Notes under the pieces: generated by a model
Told to the model about the DNA's origin: nothing
Database searches by the model: none
The model's input: the letters and a program-made list of their open reading frames with translations, nothing else
Translations under genes and position numbers: made by a program
Source: Macrostomum lignano
Lineage: Eukaryota
NCBI GenBank assembly: GCA_002269645.1
Contig: NIVC01000129.1
Location: forward strand, 46,755 to 110,754
Length of the DNA: 64,000 nucleotides
Direction of reading: 5' to 3'
Shown here: positions 39,186-50,476 of the stretch, piece by piece
How positions within the stretch are numbered: the first letter of the stretch is position 1
Layout: each line of letters begins with the position of its first letter

Positions 39186-42100
39186 TAGCCCGAGTTTTGG
39201 CTGGAGTTGACTATAATTACGAGCTTCCATGCACTCACCTCTTTGTAGATATACAGATTTTTTTAAACTTTTAATTATTCATTACACTTTTTTGCAGTTT
39301 TAATCGTTTTCATTTTGTTTTCATTAGATCTAGTATACATGCGATATCAGTTGTCACTCAGGGCATAACAATAAACTTTAACGTCATCAGCACTTATCTC
39401 AGTATAGCTAGTACGCTCGTAGCATTATAAATATTAGCTACTAACAAGTAGCAAGAAAAGAATATCAAAAGCGAGTTTCTTATTTTGTGTTCAAAAAGAT
39501 TCTGCACATGATGATATGTTCAATTCCCATCTGTCGGTTTAGCCGCAAATTGCCGGGAAAACTATACGTTTCTTGAAAAATTTTAGAAGGCCGGTTTTCC
39601 GTAAAAATACAATACGGGTATAGGTTTTCATTTTAGCACAAAAATTGTTATTGCTTGTGATAGGAGTTAGACCAAGTGTGCATTTTATTTGATATGTTTT
39701 GCCTTTCTTATATCGTGTAGCTCTATTGATATTCATAAAGTTTTAGTTTAGAAAATTAGGATTCTGTGTTAATTTACATACTACATGTACACACAAACGC
39801 ATATTAAATGTCTTATGCCTACGAGTAAAAATCATAAAAGTGCACAGCTAGGCTCATTGGTTTTAAGAATATCTATTTTGTCATATTCTTAGCGGACTGT
39901 GTAACAATATCTGTAACTGCAGATTGATAAAATAGATTCTCTTGAAGGGTTTCGACCTTCGGGTCCCTTGTTAGGAAGCCTTCGGGCCTCAGGCTCAGAA
40001 ACAAATCACTTAGAGACCTGGCCCCCCACTCCTGTCAGATGGTCAGCCCCATGGTAGCTTGATCGTGTGGCGAGCAGTCTAGGTCCTATAGCTAAGAGAG
40101 GGACAGCGAGAGACGAGCAGGGAGAATTTCGAAGGTAGAAATTAGCTAATCCGCAGATTAACTAACTCGCTGCCACCAGCCCGTGCGCCCGGCTCACCAC
40201 ACCGGGGCTCTCGAAATCGGGCTTCCGACTAGAAGGGGCTTTGCACTTACCTGCCAGCTGTCAATCTCGAAGTCATAACCTATGATAAGGGACACTGCTG
40301 GGACTAGATCGCATTGGCCATGCAGGTACAGAGGGGACTTGTGCAGGGGATTCTTGCAGTGGCGAGTCTATGGGGTAGCTACATGTACTATTACATTGCT
40401 AAATACGAAGATTAAACTTTTGGCCTTCAACGCGCCAACTAACCTCCCCTAGCGCTGATGATAGGCTAACTCGAACATTCACGAGATCGCATGATTCATT
40501 ACCCGAGCCGCTTGGCTAACCTAGAGTGCACAGAGTACATCTCTGGCGCCGATTCAGCACTCCTGGCAGTTTTGCTCACTGATTTGGTAGATTGATCGAC
40601 TGAGAACTGCCTTGCCATTGGTCCACTGTGACCGGCGCCTACTAGCTTAGCTACTCATCTGAGCCATCGGCGAACAAAGAAACAGAACCGATAAAATAAC
40701 TGTTAGATTTAACCTTCTCCTTAATTCACTTCACACCTTAGATTGAATTGGAGTTTCAGACTACTAGTAGTATTATTGAATGACTTCTGCCTGAGCAACA
40801 GCACTACTGAACAAAATGAGCAAATGTGTGCGCCTAATCCAACTACTGAAACAGGGGACAGATAGGGGATCACCCAATCAAGCAAGTCTAGGTAGCCTCT
40901 CACCCAACCAATCAGAAACTCAACAGCCGGAGACCAGGTAATCCACAGTGACCGAATCGGCTTGATGCTTCGCAGCTGTAGACTCGGGATGATGCTGATG
41001 TCACAATCTTCGCTGATAGCTAGCAGGTGATGCTCTTCACTTTGATGTTCGCTGCTGATGACCGGGGGATTCGTCCTTTGATGATGATGGGGGGAGGTCG
41101 CAATCCGGGGATCAAGAAACGACGGTCAGGCCAGGGAAAGAGCGAGTTCCTGGCCGATAGCAAGCGTAAGCGCAAGCGTCTGGAGTCCGAGCGGGCCAAA
41201 AACACCGGTTTAAATAGCCGCCAACTGGACCGCAGTTTGTTATAATGGAACACGTCGATTCTGATTGGCTGAGCCGATTTGTTAAAATGAGCGCCGAATT
41301 TTCTGATTGGCTAAGCTTGTTGCTACCCAGAATCACGTGACCGAGAGATCCTATCAGTTCCCACAGGGTCGTAAAAAGATGACAGGTGCGGCCATAAATC
41401 ACTCAAAGTCGCAACAAAATGATTTATGACTTTTCGCGTAGGATTGACAGAAATTAATGAAAAAATATACATTAGAAAGCTCATTAAATAGAAGGTGAAG
41501 ATGATGAAGAGAAATCACTAATCGCTAACCCCAAAGTACTTTTAGGGGTAAAACGCATAGTTGTCAAAGCTGTCACACGCTTGAGTGAATCCGAACAATA
41601 GGCTCTGACCTCATAAATCTGATGGCCTGTCAAAAATAATGAGAAAAAAACTGCTATTCGCATCCCCTCAGACCATCTGGCGCAAGCCTCAACACTGAGT
41701 GAGGCACAGGTGGCTGTCAAACCAGCTTCGAAAGCGATGATTTATGACCCAAAAAGCTGCGCCTATGTTATTATGACTACTAGTATGACCAAACATTATA
41801 TCTAGTATGGATTCCATGTGAATTCGCAGAAAACGGATAAAAAATGACCCTAGCCTACTGTTAGTAAGTAAGTAAGTTTATAGCCCATGTGCTAGCGCGG
41901 GATTCGGAAAAAAGTGCGTCCTCATCACTCTCAACCTCAACACAAGGATTGCCTCAACTCTGTCATGTCTTTAAGGTCTTCTTCGGCCGTGCCCACCGAC
42001 AGACAGACTGCATGGTTGCTTTGTTGAGGCGAGGGTCATGATAGATACGTTGCCGTCAATTAACTTCTATGTTCTAAACCTGTGTTCTAATGTTCTAATC

Positions 42101-42786
42101 TGAGATCGGAGATCCTATTTGGCCCCGGGATCGAAACCCTCAAAAAGTGACAGTGTGTGCAGCTATCAATCATCCTTAAATTATTTCGATACAAAGTGAT
42201 TTATGTTTCAGCAATGCCAACTCCAAAATCAACATGAAAATTATGTCCAGGGAAATATGCTCTGACGAAAAGATTAGGATTAAAACGAAACGAATATACT
42301 ACTTTTAGTGCTAAAAGGTCGCAGGTTTAAGAAAATCTTTCCGCTTGGAAAAATCTTTGCAAAGGGGAAAAGGACAAAAAAGAATGAGAGAGAGGGGAAA
42401 AATAGGGGAGAAAATGATAAGAAGATAATATAGCTATTAGAAGAGGAACAGAAAGAAGAAAATGAAGTTGCTACTGGCAGTAGCAAGTACAGTACAGGAA
42501 CTCATATACTTATGTGTCAGTGTCCCATCAGTGCTGAAAGTCCATCCTCATCTCAATGTCTTAAATTGACATCTCCTTTCGATCAGGAAGATTCTTAATT
42601 AGACTCGCCTATAACAAATGCCGACGAGCTGCGGTCGAATTGATCCGGCCGGGTAGCAACGGCGCGTTATGTTAGACCGCTTACAGGGGCGTCGCGAACG
42701 GGGGACAGGGGGACATATGCCCCCCCGCCCCCAGTAAAAGATCTGGGGGGGACATGCCAGTGAAATTTCGCTTTGCTTCGTTTTTC

Positions 42787-43310
42787 CAATGTGTTGTTTA
42801 CCAATTTCGCTGCTCTGAGGATCAGAGCGTTTCCTACATTGGAAAAACGAAGCGACACCTACACACTAGAGCTAGGGAACATTGGCTAAAAAGCTCTGCG
42901 ATTAATGACCATCTGCTTGTTTGTAAAAAATGCTGTGACGGTGAGCCGATTCAGCTCTTTAAAGTGCTGGATGGGTGCAAATTTGACCATAAGCTTAAGA
43001 TTATCGAAGCTTCGTATATCAGAATGCACAAACCCAACCTGAATGTGCAGCTTGCTGGCAATGGGGTGGAGCGTGAGCTAAGAGTACTGTGAGCAGAGCC
43101 GTGCCTATTTATTATTTTTTCTCTCTCTCACTTTGTTGTGTACTTGGCACTTTCTAAATTCTACTGGGCTGTTTTTGACCCGCCTCTGGACTGTACAGTG
43201 ATTTTTGCTTAAATATACTGGTGGTGTGACCTTAGGTTGATTGAATTTGCCCTGACGACGTCTTATGTTTGACGAAACGCGTTGGCTAGAATTAAACAAA
43301 GTTTACTTTT
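42787..43310 (+). mobile_element. Penelope-like element 3' fragment (GIY-YIG endonuclease plus pLTR)
   Basis: CVVYQFRC...SYIGKTKRHLHTRAREH...SAINDHL...KIIEASYIRMHKPNLNVQ, stop 43092, followed by a hammerhead-bearing 3' region. Confidence 0.85.
43243..43293 (+). ncRNA. Minimal type I hammerhead ribozyme
   Basis: CTGACGA 43252-58, one extra C, stem II GTC/GAC, GAAA 43274-77, palindromic stem III ACGCGT, cleavage triplet GUU (cut after 43283), stem I GCC/GGC plus AATT/AATT. Confidence 0.75.
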
Positions 43311-43349
43311 TATGTTTTTGTTGACGTTTATTTTCCTACAAACACATAG

Positions 43350-46300
43350 CACCTACGGCGCTAAAATGAGTGCCTACGGCGCTAAAATGAGTGCCTGCAG
43401 CGCTAAAATGAGTGCCTACGGTGCTAAAATGAGTGCCTGCGGCGCTAAAATGAGTGCCTGCGGCGCTAAACTGAGTGCGACGCTAAAATGAGTGCCTACG
43501 GCGCTAAAATGAGTGCCTGCAGCGCTAAAATGAGTGCCTACGGCGCTAAAATGAGTGCCTGCGGCGTTAAAATGAGTGCCTACGGTGCTAAAATGAGTGC
43601 CTGCGGCGCTAAAATGAGTGCCTACGGCGCTAAAATGAGTGCCTGCGGCGCTAAAATGAGTGCGGCGCTAAAATGAGTGCCTGCGGCGCTAAAATAAGTG
43701 TCTGCGGCGCTAAAATGAGTGCCTGCGGCGCTAAAATGAGTGCCTGCGGCGCTAAAATGAGTGCCTGCGGCGCTAAACTGAGTGCGGCGCTAAAATGAGT
43801 GCCTGCGGCGCCAAAATGAGTGCCTGCAGCACCAAAATGAGTGCCTGCGGCTCTAAAATGAGTGCCTGCAGCGCCAAAATGAGTACCTGCGGCGCTAAAA
43901 CGAGTGCCTGCGGCGCTAAAATGAGTGCACGCGGCGCTAAACTGAGTGCGGCGCTAAAATGAGTGCCTGCGGCGCCAAAATGAGTGCCTGCGGCTCTAAA
44001 ATGACTGCCTGCGGCGCTAAAATGAGTGTCTGCGGCGCTAAAATGAGTGCCTACGGCGCTAAAATGAGTGCCTGCGGCGCTAAAATGAGTGCCTACGGCG
44101 CTAAAATGAGTGCCTGCGGCGCTAAAATGAGTGCCTGCGGCGCCAAAATGAGTGCCTGCAGCACCAAAATGAGTGCCTGCGGCTCTAAAATGAGTGCCTG
44201 CAGCGCCAAAATGAGTACCTGCGGCGCTAAAACGAGTGCCTGCGGCGCTAAAATGAGTGCACGCGGCGCTAAACTGAGTGCGGCGCTAAAATGAGTGCCT
44301 GCGGCGCCAAAATGAGTGCCTGCGGCTCTAAAATGACTGCCTGCGGCGCTAAAATGAGTGTCTGCGGCGCTAAAATGAGTGCCTACGGCGCTAAAATGAG
44401 TGCCTGCGGCGTTAAAATGAGTGCCTACGGCGCTAAAATGAGTGCCTGCGGCGCTAAAATGAGTGCCTACGGCGCTAAAATGAGTGCCTGCGGCGCTAAA
44501 ATGAGTGCCTGCGGCGCTAAAATGAGTGCCTACGGCGCTAAAATGAGTGCCTGCAGCGCTAAAATGAGTGCCTACGGCGCTAGAATGAGTGCCTGCGGCG
44601 TTAAAATGAGTGCCTACGGCGCTAAAATGAGTGCCTGCGGCGCTAAAATGAGTGCCTACGGCGCTAAAATGAGTGCCTGCGGCGCTAAAATGAGTGCGGC
44701 GCTAAAATGAGTGCCTGCAGCGCTAAAATGAGTGCCTACGGCGCTAGAATGAGTGCCTGCGGCGTTAAAATGAGTGCCTACGGCGCTAAAATGAGTGCCT
44801 GCGGCGCTAAAATGAGTGCGGCGCTAAAATGAGTGCCTGCGGCGCTAAAATAAGTGTCTGCGGCGCTAAAATAAGTGCCTGCGGCGCTAAAATGAGTGCC
44901 TGCGGCGCTAAAATGAGTGCCTGCGGCGCTAAACTGAGTGCGGCGCTAAAATGAGTGCCTGCGGCGCCAAAATGAGTGCCTGCAGCACCAAAATGAGTGC
45001 CTGCGGCTCTAAAATGAGTGCCTGCAGCGCCAAAATGAGTACCTGCGGCGCTAAAACGAGTGCCTGCGGCGCTAAAATGAGTGCACGCGGCGCTAAACTG
45101 AGTGCGGCGCTAAAATGAGTGCCTGCGGCGCCAAAATGAGTGCCTGCGGCTCTAAAACGAGTGCCTGCGGCGCTAAAATGAGTGTCTGCGGCGCTAAAAT
45201 GAGTGCCTACGGCGCTAAAATGAGTGCCTGCGGCGTTAAAATGAGTGCCTACGGCGCTAAAATGAGTGCCTGCGGCGCTAAAATGAGTGCCTACGGCGCT
45301 AAAATGAGTGCCTGCGGCGCTAAAATGAGTGCGGCGCTAAAATGAGTGCCTGCGGCGCTAAAATAAGTGTCTGCGGCGCTAAAATAAGTACCTGCGGCGC
45401 TAAAATGAGTGCCTACGGCGCTAAAATGAGTGCCTGCGGCGCTAAACTGAGTGCGGCGCTAAAATGAGTGCCTGCGGCGCTAAAATGAGTGCCTGCAGCA
45501 CCAAAATGAGTGCCTGCGGCTCTAAAATGAGTGCCTGCAGCGCCAAAATGAGTACCTGCGGCGCCGCTAAAACGAGTGCCTGCGGCGCTAAAATGAGTGC
45601 ACGCGGCGCTAAACTGAGTGCGGCGCTAAAATGAGTGCCTGCGGCGCCAAAATGAGTGCCTGCGGCTCTAAAATGAGTGCCTGCGGCGCTAAAATGAGTG
45701 TCTGCGGCTCTAAAATGAGTGCCTGCGGCGCTAAAATGAGTGTCTGCGGCGCTAAAATGAGTGCCTGCGGCGCTAAAATGAGTGTCTGCGGCGCTAAAAT
45801 GAGTGCCTACGGCGCTAAAATGAGTGCCTGCGGCGTTAAAATGAGTGCCTACGGCGCTAAAATGAGTGCCTGCGGCGCTAAAATGAGTGCCTACGGCGCT
45901 AAAATGAGTGCCTGCGGCGCTAAAATGAGTGCGGCGCTAAAATGAGTGCCTGCGGCGCTAAAATAAGTGTCTGCGGCGCTAAAATAAGTACCTGCGGCGC
46001 TAAAATGAGTGCCTACGGCGCTAAAATGAGTGCCTGCGGCGCTAAACTGAGTGCGGCGCTAAAATGAGTGCCTGCGGCGCTAAAATGAGTGCCTGCAGCA
46101 CCAAAATGAGTGCCTGCGGCTCTAAAATGAGTGCCTGCAGCGCCAAAATGAGTACCTGCGGCGCCGCTAAAACGAGTGCCTGCGGCGCTAAAATGAGTGC
46201 ACGCGGCGCTAAACTGAGTGCGGCGCTAAAATGAGTGCCTGCGGCGCCAAAATGAGTGCCTGCGGCTCTAAAATGAGTGCCTGCGGCGCTAAAATGAGTG

Positions 46301-46425
46301 TCTGCGGCTCTAAAATGAGTGCCTGCGGCGCTAAAATGAGTGCCTGCGGCGCTAAAATGAGTGCCTGCGGCGCTAAAATAAGTGCCTGCGGCGCTAAAAT
46401 GAGTGCCTGCGGCGCTAAAATGAGT
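43350..46425. repeat. 21-bp minisatellite, about 3.1 kb, with higher-order variant blocks
   Basis: (GGCGCTAAAATGAGTGCCTGC)n, inside the hAT element. Confidence 0.95.
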
Positions 46426-47789
46426 AGGATGTAGGATTCTAAAATGTAGAATTCTTGGCTTTGTCCCCCCCTCCACCATAAAATCCATGGCGACGCCCCT
46501 GACCGCTCATACTGGCAAACCTCGACCAGGCCATCGAGCGAGCAGAGGCCTTCGCCCGTTGCTAAGTGGGCCACCGACGTTGGCTGTGATGAGTGCATGG
46601 TGCTATACTACATGTACGCTGAAACTACGTATCTGCCGCGATAGAACCCGCTTGTCAGCTGCATGCAGTGGTTGGTACGGTAGTGTTCGTTTAACAACAA
46701 CTAGCATTATACTTTTTGAATGCACCACTTTTACCCAGTAAAATCATTGATAGTATCATGGCATGTAGACCATGATGGCGGATGCGCTCTCTTGCATCCA
46801 GGCTCAGCGGCTGCATGGATGAATGCCGAAAAGCAGCCAGCTTCTGGCGTTGCCCAGTCGGCCTGCTCAAACGATCAGGTAAGTTCCTCCAGCTCTTCCC
46901 GCGCTTAAGAAATCGCGGTCTACACCTGCCTGCATGCTCCCGCACATGATATTGATGTAAGTGGCAGCTGACTTTTGATCCGTACACAGCTGCAGTGCAT
47001 GATCGAGTCTTTTGGATCCTGCAGCGCACACGGCCGCATAAGGATCACCATCTCTCTTCAAGTTTACCGCCGATAAAAGCGGTGGTGCATGTCGAAGTTC
47101 CCACGTTGACCGTTGTCCTATGCAACTGTGGGCCTTCAAGAGCGGCGACTACATGTAAGTGATATATAAATCAATTTCCAACGCGGCAAATTTTCGATTG
47201 AACTTGGAACTAGAATACTTCAGCTTCCAAACCAGAATCGGTTTAAGGAAATAAAATATTTAACTTCTATTTGACATAATTGTCACAATGCTTGGTTGAC
47301 AATTTTCCAAGTCAAATCAATGCTACATAATTTACATGCAAGTTCAATGACTATAAAGTGTAATGTATACAATAATACTTTTTCAATCATTTGATACATT
47401 GCATTTTAAATGGCTTCTATTTATACTGCAACTGGGCAAAGAATTTTACGAAACCAAGTACCAGAAGCTGACCACTGTTCCGGAATCGAATCTAAAACCG
47501 ACGAGTATAATTGCATAAAAAGTTACCAAACTGATCTTGATTTTGAAGTTGGCACATTTCGGCCTGATTTTTTAACGCGGAGTTGCTAAACTAAATTAAA
47601 AAAAACAGATATTTTTCTCTGTTTCAGCATGTTTTTCACCTTACTTACGCCATTACTGCTTTTTGAATGAATAATATAATTTGTGTTTTTTGTTATGATG
47701 TGCTTGGTTCATTTATGCATTGACAGACAATTTAAAAACAACAATTTCGCGCCTCGATCGAAGTTTTATCACTTTGGAACTGATTTAAT

Positions 47790-48183
47790 CGAAGAGCTTG
47801 CGTGCACGGCAGCCGTTCACGTAAGCTCAGAATTGCGTGCACGGCGGCTATCTACCTAGTGCTTTATTTGCATGTATGCAGCCGTCCACCTAGTGTTGTA
47901 ATTGCGTGCACGGCAGCCGGCAATTGGCCGGGACTGGGGCCCTTAAATCCACGCATTGGCATTGGCAAACCTAATTAAAAAATATTTTTACTATATTGTT
48001 TTATAATGTTTTATCCCCCGTACACCATGGACTGCAAATGTAATCTTAATTCATTGTTTTTTTGTTAACTTGAATATTAATTCGAATAGTATATGACTTA
48101 CTGTATAAGCCTATAAGATATAGCTCTGCCGTGCACGCAATTCTGAGCTTACGTGAACGGCGGCCGTGCACGCAAGCTCTTCG
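47790..48183. mobile_element. MITE, 394 bp, about 60-bp TIRs
   Basis: CGAAGAGCTTGCGTGCACGGCAGCCGTTCACGTAAGCTCAGAATTGCGTGCACGGC at 47790 is the near-perfect reverse complement of the 48128-48183 end; TSD not resolved. Confidence 0.75.
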
Positions 48184-50179
48184 TTTTTTAATTAAGTCTG
48201 AGACTCTGAGTTACTTTAAGGCTCGAGCTTATACCGAATTTTTTTATAGAAATGTCTTAATTTATAGAGTTCTCTCTTAGAGTAAAGTCCACTTCGTGAA
48301 TTTCATGTTCTTGTCTTACTAGCACAAAATATATTTACTACTACAGTACTACTGAGTACTAGGTCTATTAATTACTACTAACTTCACTACTGTGTCTGAA
48401 CAATCATCTTTCATGATTTAGGAGTCTTAGGACCATGGCATCGCCCATCGGACATGGTCAATCCATGATATAATAATCCTAGTTTTGAGTCAATCTAGGC
48501 CTAATTTAAATATTAAATGGGTTAGGGCCTAAGCAATTCTGCCCTACAACAAGTACAATATTAATTAGATTTTTACTATTGATTGTCATAGAGGCTTGAG
48601 TGAGGGCAGTTAAGTTTGTATATAAATTAGGAGTGAGTGTAGGCCTGATTTCAAATTGATAGGCCTAGTGCAAGACTGCAAGTGCTCTAGTCTAGGTCCT
48701 AAATGTTAATACAATTGTATTCAATATTGATAGTTTTTAGGCCCTATTTGAATTTTAAAAAAAAGATTTCATAAGTATCTAATTGTTTTAGTGATATTAG
48801 GCTTTATAATATTAGTTTAATAGTTGTTTTGTAAAGATTTATATTTTATACATATATTTGAAATTTTTTGTTGAAAGATTTTTAGTCCTAACCAAAAAAG
48901 TAACCAAGGATCAAGGTTCCATGTTTCAATTAATGACTGTAACTTATTTCACTTGTATTTGAATAAAATGGAGATAACTACACATTTTAAAATTCATAAA
49001 AAGTAAAACAATGTTTAAAATCTAGAAATTAAGCTATAGTGCAAAAATTTTATGTTATTATTATTTTGATACTTATATGTTTTTTAGATTTTAATTAGAA
49101 CATACAAATGAAAACATGAACAAACTTTTTTGAAATAAAAAATGTTTATATAAATTGCTTCTCCCCCCTTAGTCCAGGCATTATGCCTGGCATGCTAGGG
49201 CTATATATAAGCCTAGTATAAATCTAGCATAAATGATAAAATTTTATCAGTTTTCTTTCGGTGTAACTCTAAGCATGAAATCGACTATGGTTGTAAAACT
49301 ATCTTCATGAAATGCTAACTATAAAAAAGCAAAGATATTTACTGGACACTGGCTAGATTAATTTAGATTGAAAAACATATAAAAAAGTTGTCTCTATAAT
49401 TATAAATAAACAAAATTAAATTAAAGTAATATTAATCATTTCAGAAAATTATAAAGTTTTTACTCAATATCCTAAAGTATAAAGTTTTGCAAGGTAATTT
49501 TTGTTTAAAAACAGAATGGTTATCACTAAAAGAGTATTTTTCTTATCACTAAAATTACTTTTGTGTGGCATTAAAAGGACTATAACTCAAATGTCTTATC
49601 ACTGAAATAACTATAATTTTACTATGTGCAGTCATTTTATTTGTTAGGCCCTATTTTTTTGTCTGCCAGTAGACAAAATGCTTTCTTTTATTAGACCTAT
49701 ACTAAACTATAGTATATATAATTAACTTTTTGGTTGTTATATTATGCTCAAAGCTATTTGCAGTGATATAGTTTATTAATAACCATTAAAAAACATGTTT
49801 TTTATTATAACTAGTTAACTTTATAAGTTGGACAAATTAGACTTGACATTCTAGCATTCTAATACAATTATCACAAAGTGTCAAATTGTAACTATTAATG
49901 GCTAGGCCCATGTAATATTTTAGCAAAGTATTATAATAGTTTAGAAAATTAAAAAAATTGTATATTGCATGTAAAAGATTAAGATTTCTTAACTATGATA
50001 TTTTTATTACCTTTTCCTAGGAATTGAAGACTTGCAAGCTACAGCAAATAAAATAAATAAGGCAGATTCAAACTAATACATTGCACTAAATTTTCTAGCT
50101 TAAACTATATGCTTACAAATTTAATGGTAGACAAACTGTCAACCTAAGGTGGTGGCCACAATATTGGTGCATATCTATC

Positions 50180-50476
50180 CATACATGCGCAACCTTCAAA
50201 ATTCGGTCGGCCGTGCGACTTAGTTTTAACAAAAATGCGACGTAGTTTTTGGCTAAAAATGCGACTTACATGTAAAAAACCCTAAAGCAAAATTACCGCA
50301 ACTTTGGGTAAACGGCAGGAGTAACTCTGACTGTCTTATTAAGCCAAAATGCCTCGTCAGCTACTTAGTACTACTACTTTGGTATTTTTTCGCGTGGGCG
50401 TTTTTGCGACTTCCTTGGTTGGCCGCCAAATCGGTCGGCCGGATCGGCCGACTCGGCCGACTGTTGCGCATGTATG
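50180..50476. mobile_element. hAT-type MITE, 297 bp
   Basis: 14-bp TIR CATACATGCGCAAC / GTTGCGCATGTATG; perfect 8-bp TSD TATCTATC. Confidence 0.9.

Larger units (their letters stand above)
42684..46501. mobile_element. hAT-type non-autonomous DNA transposon with nested cargo
   Basis: 12-bp TIR CAGGGGCGTCGC / GCGACGCCCCTG; 8-bp TSD ACCGCTTA / ACCGCTCA (7/8); no transposase. Confidence 0.85.

Noticed and set aside
39940-39985. Minus-strand CTAACAA...GACC-CGAA-GGTC-GAAAC as a hammerhead
   Set aside because: Both essential core G residues would be mutated and no helix III/NUH can be formed; kept only as twin hairpins.
42110-42145. Minus-strand GGTTTCGATCCC, B-box-like (tRNA/SINE)
   Set aside because: No A-box and no cloverleaf.
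43282-46434. MSACGAK-repeat ORFs
   Set aside because: 21-bp array inside a transposon; broken repeatedly by 18-bp units.
46510-47150. GC-rich stretch with short ORFs after the hAT element
   Set aside because: No recognisable protein motif in any frame I translated; possibly decayed TE but unsupported.
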